Below, piece by piece: positions 41,327-53,853 of a DNA stretch of 64,000 bases. The translations under genes were made by a program, and so were the position numbers. Below the pieces are notes generated by a model. That model searched no databases. It was not told where the DNA came from and was given only the letters and a program-made list of their open reading frames with translations. The stretch spans positions 60,016,001-60,080,000 of the forward strand of contig OX597820.1 in assembly GCA_951406725.2 (NCBI GenBank). The letters run 5' to 3'. Each line of letters begins with the position of its first letter. Position 1 is the first letter of the stretch. Source of the stretch: Octopus vulgaris. Taxonomy: Eukaryota.

Positions 41327-42214
41327 CATGATTGATTGATTGATTGATGTATTTCAAGATTTCTTGCCAATAGAGAAAGAGTCGATTTCTAACGTAGATC
41401 CAAGGCGACTTCATTGCAATTTCAACATCAACAAGGTATTTTTGTATGTATGTATGTATGTATGTATGTATGTATGTATGTATGTATGTATGTATGTATG
41501 TATGTATGTATGTATGTATGTATGTATGTATGTATGTATGTATGTATGTATGTATGTATGTATGTATGTATGTATGTATGTATGTATGTATGTATGTATG
41601 TATGTATGTATGTATGTATGTATGTATGTATGTATGTATGTATGTATGTATGTATGTATGTATGTATGTATGTATGTATGTATGTATGTATGTATGTATG
41701 TATGTATGTATGTATGTATGTATGTATGTATGTATGTATGTATGTATGTATGTATGTATGTATGTATGTATGTATGTATGTATGTATGTATGTATGTATG
41801 TATGTATGTATGTATGTATGTATGTATGTATGTATGTATGTATGTATGTATGTATGTATGTATGTATGTATGTATGTATGTATGTATGTATGTATGTATG
41901 TATGTATGTATGTATGTATGTATGTATGTATGTATGTATGTATGTATGAATGAATGAATGTATGTATGTATATGTGCAGATTTCTATGTTTTGCTTTATG
42001 TATGTATTCTCATGCATATACTTGCATATCTAGACATGCTCATATATATTCAAATGATAAACTTCTGGTAAGTTTTACAGATTTTTACAGTTCCAGGGAT
42101 GGATTGGATCTGTAGTCTTCAAATTAGCTTTCTCCTTTCTGGTTTTGAGAAGCCTAATTTCTCAAGAGTGATATTTAGGCAGTGTGTTACATATCCCAGG
42201 GCCTCAATAATTAT
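41327..42214 (-). mobile_element. 3' end of a restriction-like-endonuclease non-LTR retrotransposon (R4/NeSL-type)
   Basis: 42214-42051 reads IIIEALGYVTHCLNITLEKLGFSKPERRKLI*RLQIQSIPGTVKICKTYQKFII*, fitting the PIxIGALG...LG...LQ...GTxKI C-terminus. A putative 3'UTR follows, ending in (ATCA)n. Confidence 0.6.
41443..41948. repeat. Perfect (TATG)n microsatellite, ~505 bp
   Basis: Uninterrupted tetranucleotide array. Confidence 0.98.
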
Positions 42215-42751
42215 GTATGTATTGCTGGTGGTGGTGGTGGTGTTGGGGAGGTCAGTGTTGGTATGGTTGTGTGGTTAAGAAGCTTGTTTCTCTACCGTGT
42301 GATTCATTTGTCACACAGCATAGCACCTTGAGCAAGTATTTTCTACCATAGCCCTGGCAGACTAAAGCCTTGTGGGCAGATCTAGTAGATGGGAATTGAA
42401 AGAAGCTTGTCATACGTGTAATAATTGTATGTGTGTGTGCACATATGCATTTGTGCGTACTTTCATGATATCATTTGAAGTTCAAAGGCATTCAAATAAA
42501 GACTATGCTGCCTTTTATCTTTCACACAGTGTATCTAAGGTTACAAAAACAATGTGTCCTTTTTGAGTGTTTGATTTGTTTTGCAGGTTGAGTTAGCACA
42601 AGGGACACACCCTCCTTGATTCATATAAATGTAATTCTGTGTTATATTGTAGTTGCTGTAGTTTAACAACCTTGAAAAGACTTCTTTGTTGATATGTGAA
42701 TGGAAATTTAAATGTCATGTATTGCAGTTTATTGAAAAGATGAACGAAATA

Positions 42752-43314
42752 TTGGGTTATCTGGAAAGTTTGCGTCAATTTTTAAAGGAAAGAAAAAGGT
42801 CAATAAATACTTGCCATTACATTTTTAATCAACCAAATAGGAACCATTTTGTTGCACAATGCATCTCCATCTTTCCTTTAACTCGAAAATACCCTCTTCC
42901 CAGAACTGAGGTGGTTTCATGGCAAAGAATTCATCAAGGTATCTTTTTACGTCATCCAAGGAATTTAAATTTTTACCATTAAGACTATTCTGCAGAGACC
43001 TGAATAAGTGGAAATCTGAAGGAGCAATATCTGAATATGGAGGGTGGGGTAACACATCCCAGTCAAGCTGCAGCAATTATTGTCTGGTTCCCAAAGCATC
43101 AAGTGCCAAAAATGAACTTTCTTATCTTCCATTTTAAAAAGTTACAGAAATAACACAGGTTATAGGAACATAAACCTTCTGCCACAAAAAGATAGCTTAA
43201 ACTGTGCTCTAAATGGAAGTGTAGTCAAATCCTATTTTATGGACTCAACCATGTTCTAAAATAAGTCAAAAGGTAAGCTACTATAAATCGGCACAAACTT
43301 TCTGGTCATCCCAA
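42752..43314 (-). mobile_element. Internally deleted mariner with TIRs and TA TSD
   Basis: TA|ttgggttatctggaaagtttgcgtcaattt ... aaatcggcacaaactttctggtcatcccaa|TA. Retains the C-terminal WDVLPHPPYSDIAPSDFHLFRSLQNSL. Confidence 0.9.
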
Positions 43315-43507
43315 TATTTTGAAGAAATGTGTAATATATCACTAGCAAGCTCACTTGCTATACTGTGCTCTAGAAGCATTTATAGCATTGATTTGCATGA
43401 ATGCAACTAATGACAACTAATCAACAAACTCTATTAATCCTCTCAAATATATAATATGAAACTGTTTAACTTCAATCCATTGTTATTTTGAACACATGCA
43501 AGCTTAA

Positions 43508-43728
43508 CCCTTTAGTGTTCAGATTACTTTGTCAAATGTAATACTTATTTACTCACATCATTTTGAATTCATCATGTAGTATCCCATAGCTTTGAGATTT
43601 CAAAGACATGACAGTCTATATTTAGAATGACCTTATAGGGTAATTGTGAGAGGCCAATCCAGCCAATTTGAATATAAATTAGGTAGAAATTATTTGGGCA
43701 TGATATGGCCAGTTTAAATGCTAAAGAG
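43508..43728. mobile_element. piggyBac-type MITE
   Basis: TTAA|CCCTTTAGTGTT...AATGCTAAAGAG|TTAA. Confidence 0.8.
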
Positions 43729-44540
43729 TTAAATCATAAACTGTATAACTACAAAACTGACCCCCACTCCCAAAAACTACTTGCCTTGTGCCAAACTTTG
43801 GATACAGTTTATTGTGATATTATTATCAGGTCTGTAAGGGTGGTTAAATGGTAATTAATTTCATTAATTAATGACTAGGTTCAAATCCTGCCAGTCAGCT
43901 TCAGTGTTCCATTTTATCACATCATTAGTCTGCAGAAAATATTTACTGTATTTATTTCAATAGGCTACAGCTACCCCAATACATCATGTATAAGTATGAG
44001 GTTGGGTGAATGGGTACAAGTTATATTATACAATAGAAATTTATACAAGGTCAAGGGGTCACCAGTTGACTAGGGTACACCAAATCCCAAGAAACATAGT
44101 TAGCAAAGATGATAACAGGACATTTTGCTTAGTATATAAGATAGCTGTTGTGTTGCTGTTATTAATGCTTTTTTTAGCCCTGCACAAACTTATGGTGAAA
44201 TGCATTTGAGCATTGACATCCCATCTTTTTATTTTCTAGACATAATATACATAGATAGACTGCTTTGCCATAAAATTGTTATGTCTTGGGCAACTGATTT
44301 AATTTGTGCTAAAGTCTTATAGAACAGAGACTACTGTGTATAACATAGGAGCAAAGTTGTTAATGTTGCATATGAAAACATTATGACAGTAGTTGGTAGT
44401 GTTTTGCAATATCCTTCTTCCAATAGCTACAAAAGAAATTTTCTTTTCACTAAGACATAGTAAAGAACTCTTGATCAGTCAACTTGCTGGTGCCAGTGTT
44501 AATGCATGTATAATCACATTAATATTAAAACATATATAAT

Positions 44541-44750
44541 GGCAGTGAGCAGGCAGAATCATTAGCATACCGGACAAAATGTTAACTGGTATTCTGTCCG
44601 TCTACATTCTGAGTTCAAATTCTGCCATGGTTGACTTTGCCTTTCATCTTTCCAGGGTCGATAAAATAAGTACCAGTTGGATACTGGGATTGATATAATT
44701 GACTATCCCCCTCCCCCCAAATTGCTGGCCTTTTACCAAAATTTAGAACC
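44541..44750 (+). mobile_element. SINE with Deu/Nin-like central domain
   Basis: gagttcaaattc B-box-like motif followed by gcctttcatctttccagggtcgataaaataagtacc, resembling the DeuSINE/Nin core. Related copies near 1560, 9670, 28720(-), 48120 and 58420(-). Confidence 0.65.
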
Positions 44751-44777
44751 AATATTGATGATATATATATGTAAAGG

Positions 44778-45365
44778 TCCAAGTATGGTTATATGGTAAG
44801 TAGCTTACTTCCCAACCATGTGGTTTTGGATTCAGTCCCACTATGTGGTACTCTGCACAATTGTCTTCTACTACAGCCACTAGCAAAGCTGGGGATGGGG
44901 GGGGGGTCCACACTGGGTGGCACTTTTGGGTCACCTGTAGGCAATATGTGATTTTTGTGGGGTCCAGGATTGGTAAACAGAAGGGCCACCCTGGGTGGGA
45001 CACACTCTAGCTATGCTAGTGACTACTGCCCCAGGCCAACCAAAGCCTTGTGAGTGGATTTGGTAAGTGGAAACTTGAAGAAGCCCATTATGTACGTATA
45101 TCTGTGTGTATGCGTGTTACTGCCACCTTGCTATAACTTCATGCAATATTTGTAAAAGAAATGTTATAGTCATGCAAGCAGCATCAGTTGGTTTCAATCT
45201 TCTGTGAAAACATGCCTGGTCATGGGGAAACAGGGGAGAGTTGGCAACAGGAAGGGCATCTGACTGTAGTAAATCTACACCTTTACAACCTCTGTTCAAC
45301 TCATGCAAGCGTGAGAAAGAGGATGCTAAACAATGATGTTGATGATGATGATGATAATGATGATG
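44778..45365 (+). mobile_element. tRNA-derived SINE (RTE-type tail) with nested hAT-type MITE
   Basis: MITE at 44878-45021: TIR CACTAGCAAAGCT / AGCTATGCTAGTG, with 8-bp TSD ACTACAGC / ACTACTGC matching the interrupted SINE sequence. Confidence 0.8.
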
Positions 45366-46576
45366 GATGTTACTAATTGACATAATTGATGATTAATTAT
45401 GCAGTACTAAACAGCATTTATTTGACTGCTGAAATTTAATGAAGGTATAGCTACACTGTTAACTTCACTGCAAAAGGTAAACAAACTGGCAGAAAACTTT
45501 GGAATTGTCCTGATGGATTTTTATCTCTTTTTGGAGATTCATGACAGATCAAATAGCCTCATTTTCTGTTCATGGCTATTTATATCAAATACAAATGCAA
45601 AAACAAGACTCAGATGAAGTAATAGAGATCAAATCTGAATTTAAAGAAAAGTATCAGCCTAAACTAAACATAAAATATACTTCCATACTTCTATATTACT
45701 GCATAAATATGTTCTACACTAGAATACTGCTTACACATCCTAGGATGAAGCACACATCTTGGGATGTAGCATGCCACCTGGTCAAAGGTCATGCAACTAG
45801 TTGACAAGTCTTTACTTGACTATATTCTTCAACCACTTGAAACCATTTAACATTTAAACTGACTTCTCTCTATTTCTTATCACTGCTTCAATAGTCTCGA
45901 CTGCTCTGAATTTACTGATGATAAACCAACATAATTCAGCCTCAACAGGGGAGTTCCCCTGTGGTCATTTGATCTGCTTGTTACAAATAGCAATATGATG
46001 GCATAAATGATGCCAATGCCTTCTAGACATTCCAATTTCAGCAGCACATATTCAGGAAATATTTTTAATGCATTAAATCTTATGGGAGGGCCCAACTTTG
46101 CATATAGGACCTGGAGTGATATTTTTGAAGCATTGTTTTTGCAAACAAGTGCATCTTTTAAATGCCATCAAATACAGTAACTGGCAAATCTCTTTCTGAT
46201 CACACCCCAGCAACTTAAAAAGTAGGACACATTGTCCTAGATACATTACAACTATGTTTATAGCTAGAGAGAAAAAATGGCATGCTTATAGTTAGAATAT
46301 CTTTGATAAGGTCTATTCAGTCTTGGCTAATCTAAAGCTGAACAGCTACAACAGTTCCACTTCTTGAATACTCCTTTCTCATTCTCTTTTCTCTCTCTCT
46401 CTCTCATCTCAGCTATCATGTTGCACCTTCTCCAATCGTTGTATGGAACAATTTTTTCTTCAGAACTTTCTACCAATCTTCTCTGATCATGTTTACCATT
46501 TAGCTACTAATCTACAAAAATTCAAATTTAATATTCTGCTCATTTACTTTAAGCACTTGTTCCCCTATAGTGTACA

Positions 46577-46741
46577 GGTGTAGGAGTGGCTGTGTGGTAA
46601 GTAGCTTGCTTACGAACCACATAGTTCCGGGTTTAGTCCCACTGTGTGGCACCTTGGGCAAGTGTCTTCTACTATAGCCTTGGGCTGACCAAAGCCTTGT
46701 GAATGGATTTGGTAGACGGAAACTGAAAGAAGCCCATCGTA

Positions 46742-46786
<45 letters not shown>

Positions 46787-47010
46787 GTGTGTGTATATGT
46801 TTGTGTGTCTGTGTTTGTCCCCTCAACATCGCGTGACAACTGATGCTGGTGTGTTTATGTCCCCGTAACTTAGTGGTTCGGCAAAAGAGACCAATAGAAT
46901 AAGTACTGGGCTTACAAAGAATAAATCCTGGGGTTGATTTGCTCAACTAAAGGTGGTGCTCCAGCATGGCTACAGTCAAATGACTGAAACAAGTAAAAGA
47001 GTAAAGAGTA
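46577..47010 (+). mobile_element. Full-length tRNA-derived CORE-like SINE (CR1-type tail)
   Basis: Pol III A/B-box-like head, CORE-like accttgggcaagtg, central microsatellite, and tail ...gactgaaacaagtaaaagag. Other copies near 8187(-), 51293(-), 52965, 55371 and 56340(-). Confidence 0.9.
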
Positions 47011-48447
47011 TTGTTCTGAAAGATCATAATCACGACTCTTTCTCCATAACCTAAATGACTACAAAAAAAAATATATATATAATATCTAAAAAGGTGTCTT
47101 TTACTAAAGTAAACTGGCCAATAAGAGCATTTGTTACAGTCTTGAATGATTATTTCTTATCAGGTTATTCATTATACAGTTGAAGGAACTTTCACTGGCC
47201 CTTACTATATCATCTTGAAGCTGATCCAGATCCCTGTCATCTTTCAAATGTTTTTCTTTTTCTTCATATTAATAGTTTTGTTGTCATTGATGAAGAATTC
47301 ACATGGTCACTCAGCCTGCTAAAAGTAGTAGCCTAATCTTCTTGACACACATTCTCTGCCACCTTAAAAAAGAGGAAGTACACATTATATAAATTTAGAG
47401 ACCATATATCTGTGGGCTTGACTGGAATACTTTTGATCTTAAAACCTGCTCAGTCAGAGCTGACAGGAAGTTAAACAACAAAAAGCAACTTCTATACAGT
47501 TGATTTCTCTCTATATTTTATTTCACCTTCTCATGCATTTCATTCTCACAATCTGCTGATATTGTGGACATTCTCCATGAGCAGAGAGACTCAAAATACA
47601 TCCTACAGGAATGACATATCAAACTACTTTCATTCAATAACAACAACAACAACAATAATAATAATAGTTCACAAAAACATATTCAATTAGGTAATGAATG
47701 ACAGAATGACAGTGAACGTAGTGACACTACACTTGAAATCAGCAATATTTTTACCATGTCTGACATAAGAATTTCCTAAGCTGTTAGTCTATAGATTTCA
47801 TCTGTCCATCTTCACTTAGCAAGCTTCTTATCAGATGGTAACATTGCTGCATGCACTGAGTAAGTCCTCTATGACCCACGTATTATTGACTCAGATGTTT
47901 ACCAGGGTTAGGCTATGTCACCTGACATTTGTTCCCATATATCAACATGCTTGTTGTCAGTTCTAAAATTGCTCACTCATTCATAGATGATACTACTCCT
48001 CACCACTCCTCCTTGACATCTGCACATACATGTCATTGATATGTAACCTAAGCTCATTACACCAAGCCTGCAGGTTCTTCACAAACCTTGAAAATATCAT
48101 GTGGTATATGGTAATGATCCTTTGCATTCTGATTTCAGAGCCTAACTGGGTCAACTTTACCTTTCATAATTCCAAGGTGAATAAAATAATTGCTGGTCAA
48201 GTACTGAGGTGTACGTAATTGACTATGTCCCAGGTGATAGTACCCAGTAAAAGAGTGACTAGAGAATACAAAATTGTACCATCTCCAATAATGAACAATG
48301 TACAGCTGTAACCTTAACTCTTCACTTTACAAAAGTTCTTCATCATCGTAGGTCATTTGAACAATGAATTTGAAATTGGCATCTACAGCCATAGATATAT
48401 TTCCTCAGATACATTCTTTTCTGTTAAGCAGTTCTTCTAAGTATTAA

Positions 48448-48844
48448 GTACAGATGTGGCCATGTGGTTACGAAGTTTGCTTCTCAATTACATGGTTTTG
48501 GGTTCAGCCCCACTGCATGGTACCTTTGGCAAGTGACTTCTATAGCCCTAGATTGACTGAAGCCTTATGTGAGGATCCAGTTGATGGAAACTGAAAGGAG
48601 CCAAAGAAGTCTGTTGTACATGTGTGTGTGTGTGTGTCCTTGTCTTACCATAGTGTGATAGTTGTAAATGAGTGTCACTGTCATACAAGCAGTATCATTT
48701 GTTTCCAGTATTCTTCAAAAACATGTCTGGCTACAAGGAAATATTACCTTCCTTGTAAACAGATGAGAATTGGCAATGGGAATGGCATCTGGTCATAGAA
48801 AATCTGCCTCAATAAATCCCATGCAAGCAAGGAAAGGTGGATGA

Positions 48845-48876
<32 letters not shown>
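48448..48876 (+). mobile_element. Full-length tRNA-derived SINE (RTE-type tail)
   Basis: Same head as 46577, different body, ending ggcatctggtcatagaaaa...cccatgcaagcaaggaaaggtgga(tga)n. Other copies near 1740, 4295 and 39252(-). Confidence 0.8.
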
Positions 48877-48877
<1 letters not shown>

Positions 48878-50214
48878 GTTTCTGTTATAGCCAGCTCATT
48901 TTAAGAGTTAGCAAACATGATAATACAGAGATAGAATCTCCAAAGCATTCATCTAAAAAAAAAAGAAAAGATGATACATTTGATAATGTCCTAAATAAAC
49001 TGTAAATTTACAAAAGATAAGATGACCTCATCTGGAACACTATTTATCATAGGTCTGCTAAGCGATACCAACAATTATATATGTCTAGAAATACACCTCG
49101 TGTTCTCGTGCAAAGTACTTCATTTCATGTTGCTCTGGGATCATTTTGTCATCTGACATGTGGCACCCGGTGAACCTGGTAGGTAATATCGATTTTATGG
49201 AGAGAGTCAGCTTATGTGTACACAAACATTTGATCTCTATAAGCAAATCCTCTGTTGGTTGTTCGGCAATTTCTTGCTGAACTTACATATGTTGTCTAAC
49301 GATGAGAGTCAATGAATGAATGAATGAATGATTGATTGATACGCACACACACACACACACACATACACATACACACATACATACATACATACATGTAAAA
49401 AGTGTCATAGAATTTTTTTTAAATTCTAGAAATTCATTTTATTGATCAAATATTTTTTGTCTAAATGTCAAGAGATACTCTGAAAAATAGAGGCAGCATA
49501 TAAAATATAAGGAACAAATTAATTTGTTAAGAACTAACTTAATTGAGAGAAATGACACAATGACAATGGGATGTGAAGACTGAAATCTTACCATAACAGG
49601 CTTAGTTTTCCTTGCAGCACCAACAAAAGTGGAGAGAAGTATCTCAACACGGTCATTTGACTTATAGCAGCCAAATCTCCCATAAGTTACAATCTGCTGT
49701 CTTGAAAGAAAGAAGACAGACTAGATAATGTAGTCTTGGATATACAAAATCTGAGAGAAGGACATCGTAACCAGGGCTGGAAAATCTTTGATTACTAAAC
49801 TCCTCAGTTACAGCTGAACAGGGCTAAACAATAGCAATTTCATGTTGCCATATACCCAGAAATCACATATTTCAGCATCAATGAAGAGAGTAATAAACAT
49901 ACTGTGGTTTGTTTTCACTGATTTCACTGATGCTGAAATGAAAAGATCAATTCACATTCCACATCTTGGTATTTTTTTTTCTGAACCAAACTTCACCTGA
50001 AGAAAACATTTTTTTTTTCATGATGTAATTGAATTTATTCATCAATAAAAAATGCATCTGCAACAGCTGTAGTGAACCTTTAACACATTTGTGTTCTTAT
50101 ATATATATATATATAATTATTGATAGTAGGGAATATAAAATTCCAAAGCAACAGGGAAAATCAGACTCAATTTAGTAATACTAAATCAGATTTCATGATA
50201 TATTAAATATATAT

Positions 50215-50808
50215 AGAATTAAGATAGAACCTCCATTAAGTAATTCATTAATAATGAAAGATATTATCTATTATAAAATATAAATTTAAATATATTACTA
50301 TTAACATTGTACTAAAAATTTCTATACTGATTAATACACTTTAAAAAGCATACACATTAAAACGACATTATCAATATTGTGCTAAAAATTTCTATACTAA
50401 ATAATACACATTAAAAAAATACACATTAAATTATTATAATGTATACAATTTATAAATGTATAGTGTAATTATAACATCTTTATCTATGTTGTAAATTTAT
50501 TTTATGTTATTGAGACTTGAAGAGTGGCTATGTATCGTTGGATTGAATAATGTTAATTTTTGAGATTATTGATTTTGGTATCATAGATTTGTATACATAG
50601 TCATGAAACGCATGTCATCGTTTTAATGTGTAATATTTAGTATAGAAATTTTTAGTACAATATTGATAATAATGTCGTTTTAATGTGTATTAATCAGTAT
50701 AGAAATTTTTAGTACAATGTTAATAGTAATATATTTAAATTTATATTTTATAATAGATGATATCTTTCATTATTAATGAATTACTTAATGGAAGTGCTGT
50801 CTCTTAAT

Positions 50809-50811
<3 letters not shown>
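50215..50811. repeat. ~200-bp inverted repeat with internal subrepeats (probable Penelope-like LTR remnant)
   Basis: Arms 50215-50416 and 50621-50811. The core 50232-50339 versus 50686-50792 has about one mismatch by eye. The spacer holds a hammerhead-like motif. Confidence 0.85.
50511..50625 (+). ncRNA. Degenerate type I hammerhead ribozyme
   Basis: TTGAAGA (50517-50523); 12-bp stem II GTGGCTATGTAT / ATACATAGTCAT (two G-U pairs); GAAAC-GCAT-GTC (50605-50616); stem I weak. Confidence 0.6.
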
Positions 50812-50844
<33 letters not shown>

Positions 50845-52097
50845 CACATACTAAAGCAGGGCTGGTTTCAGAATCTTTGAAAGATTCAAGTAGTAACAGT
50901 ACTAAACAGTAATGTTTGTTGCCACTTTGCATGGAACAGCTATGCAAAAGTGGCAACAAACATTATTATATATATATAAATACTCTTTAACTAGTTTCAG
51001 CTCGAAATCTGTGGTCATTCTGGGGCAGTTAAACTCCTCAATGGCAGATGTCTTTGATGATGATATAGTCTTAGATATACAATGTCTGAAAATAAGACAA
51101 GGTGGCCGTCAAGTTTTCAGCATCATTGATCATGTTTACTTTTGTAGGACTGGTCTGTAGTTAAATAATGCTCTTGTAAAATCACTATGTTTTCTACCTG
51201 ACTGCAACATATATGTATATATGTATGTAAAAATGTATCTATGTATGTTTGTATGTATGCATGCATGTCTGTGTCCATATATATATATATTATTTGTTTC
51301 AGCCATTTGACTGTAGCCATGCTGGAGCACCATCTTTAGTTGAACAAATTGACTCTAGAACTTAACCTATCGGTCTCTTTTGCCAAACTCCTAAGGTATG
51401 GGGATGTAAACACACCAACATCAGTTGTCATGTGATGGTAGGGGAACAAACACAGACACACAAACACATGCACACACACACACATACAACAGGCTTCTTT
51501 CAGTTTCCATTTTTTAAATCCACTCACATGGCTTTGGTCAGCCTGAGGCTATAGTAGAAGATACTTGCCCAAGGTGCCACACATTGGGACTGAACCCATA
51601 ATCATGTAGTTGGGAAGCAAGCTTCTAACCACACAGCCAGACCTGCACCTGCTACAGAAAAAGACTACATGGAAAAAAAACAAAAAAACACAACGTGAGG
51701 ATGTAGCACATGCAAAGTATTAATAAGATGCTCACAGAAGGAAAAGAGTGGTTGCTTTATGTTTCGAGCACAGCTCTTCTTTGGAAACAGGAAACAGGAA
51801 AGTCTAAAGGAAAAGGAAGAAGGAGGAAAAAATCGCCAACACACACACACACATGTATTTTTTAAGCCTGTTATTAGTGTTGATGTTGTCATTGCTATTG
51901 TTGTATGATTATGAATAAGAAGCAGTTATTCATAATTTTGCATTAAAATATCTTTTTGGAAGTTAAATATTTAAATAGAAATGGAATATTATATATATTG
52001 CATAGATGCATCTATCACCCCTTTGCTCCCAACATCCATATAAATTTTCCTCTGCAGTCTTGGGCTGGTATCACCCTTTTTGCAAAGCGCTTGATGG

Positions 52098-52151
52098 TCC
52101 TACCACTAGCAAAACCAACAAGGTAGCTGGTTGGTTTTGCTAGTGGTAGGA
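52098..52151. repeat. Perfect 22-bp inverted repeat with 10-nt loop
   Basis: TCCTACCACTAGCAAAACCAAC-aaggtagctg-GTTGGTTTTGCTAGTGGTAGGA. Confidence 0.95.
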
Positions 52152-52204
52152 AATGTTTGTGCTAGGAAAGAAAATAGTGGTGTATTTCTGGACATATATA
52201 ATTG

Positions 52205-52810
52205 TTGGTATTGCTTAGCAGACCTATGATAAATAGTATACCAGTTGTGGTCATCTTATCTTTTGTAAATTTACAGTTTGTTTATGACATTATCAAATGT
52301 ATCATCTTTTTTTTAGATGACCTGAGGAAGACTTGGCTGTTATTTCTAGCAGATTGAGTGATGAGAGTCTGCTTTGTTGGTAGATGTGATTGCTACTGAT
52401 TTAGGTTGAGATTGGTCAATCTTGATTGAAAAGACGATGATCAAGGGCATTCCAGCTGAGACCATCCCATTTTTTCAGAGGTATGTATCTCTACATGTGT
52501 TCTTGCCTTACTGAAGACACGGGGGAAGTCTGACTGTTATTTTTAGCCAGGTGAGCGTCCACATAGAGGCTCCCTCTTTGGTTCGTAACAGATACTGTTG
52601 GTGTCATTGCTTAGCCTCTGGTCAGACCTGATTGAGGAGACTGACAATCAAAGGCATTCCTACTGTGACCATCTCATTCTTTTTCCTTAGGTCAAGGAAC
52701 CTAGGATCATATTAGCCAATGTGCCCTTATCTAAGATGGTGAGATTTGATTAGATACATATTTAGGTGCTATTTCTAGCAGGTCGGATGACCATATAAAA
52801 GCTCCTTTCT
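52205..52810 (-). repeat. Three adjacent diverged copies of an old dispersed repeat
   Basis: Each copy has the motif set ggcattccagctgtgaccatc, cattatc.aatgt and ggctg.tatttctagcag. Solo copies near 18300, 18770, 19660, 20470, 47300 and 49650. Confidence 0.6.
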
Positions 52811-53379
52811 TGGTTTGACAAATATCATTGGAAATGACGGGGTGAGATGATTGGTAAACATAGGGAGATAACTCTGATGTTTTTGAAAAATCTTTAAATT
52901 GAATGGAGGGAATGGTTTGCTGACTTGTGAAAGGCAATCGCAAAGCATAATGAATCTTTGAATAGGTGCAGGAGTGGAAGTGTGGTGAAAAGTTTCCCTG
53001 CCAGGCAAGTGTGTTGTACTATAGCCATGGGCTAACCAGAGGCTTGGAAGTGGATTTCATAGATGGAAATTGTAAAAAGCCCATAATATATGTGTGTGTG
53101 TGTTGTATTTATCCACCACCACTAGTTGACAATTGGCGTTGGTTTGCTTACGTTTTCGGAACTTAGCGGTTCGGCAAGAGTTCGATATTAAAAGTACTAG
53201 ACTTTAAAATAAATAAGTACTGGGGTCGATTTATTTTACCAAGCTCTTTAACGTGGTACCACAGCATGGCTGCACTCCAATAACTAAGACAAGTAAAAGA
53301 TAAAGTATTTATATATGCTATATACTAACTTCATCGTTCATGTGGGATGCAATTTTTTTTTTGAAAACTTATAATAATA

Positions 53380-53853
53380 TAATAATAATGAAATTATTGA
53401 ATACAGTGCTCAAGTGCACCACAACTTGTCAAAAGTGCATATAAAAAAATATGCAGTAATGTACAAATGTTTGGGAAGTGAACACTGTATGAGTCAGATA
53501 CATGCTTGCGTGTGTATAGAGGGGAGAAAATCAGGTGTAGTGTTGGCAGATCTCTGGAAGCATGGAAGTTTTGAAGGATGCAGTGCTCCGACAACTAACA
53601 ACTGATACCGGCAGTTTATTCCATGCTTCAGCAACTCTTAGCGTGAAAAACTGTTTCCGAAAGTCATGGGAGCTGTGCTGTTTTCTGACTTTGTAAACAT
53701 GTCCACGGGTGTTAGACAGGTGGATTTTGAAAAGGTGCTCAGAGTTATTGTTTGTAAGATCGTTAATAATTTTATGGGTGTCTGCCAAGTCAGCTGCCAG
53801 ACGTCCGAGTTTCAATGTATCCATGCCCAGGGAAGTAAGGCGTTCAGAATATG
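53380..53853 (-). mobile_element. 3' fragment of a second CR1-clade LINE family
   Basis: TRGHVYKVRKQHSSHDFRKQFFTLRVAEAWNKLP with an (ATT)n tail. Confidence 0.85.

Noticed and set aside
45541-45804. 87-aa ORF in apparently unique sequence
   Set aside because: No recognisable homology and no consistent splice signals.
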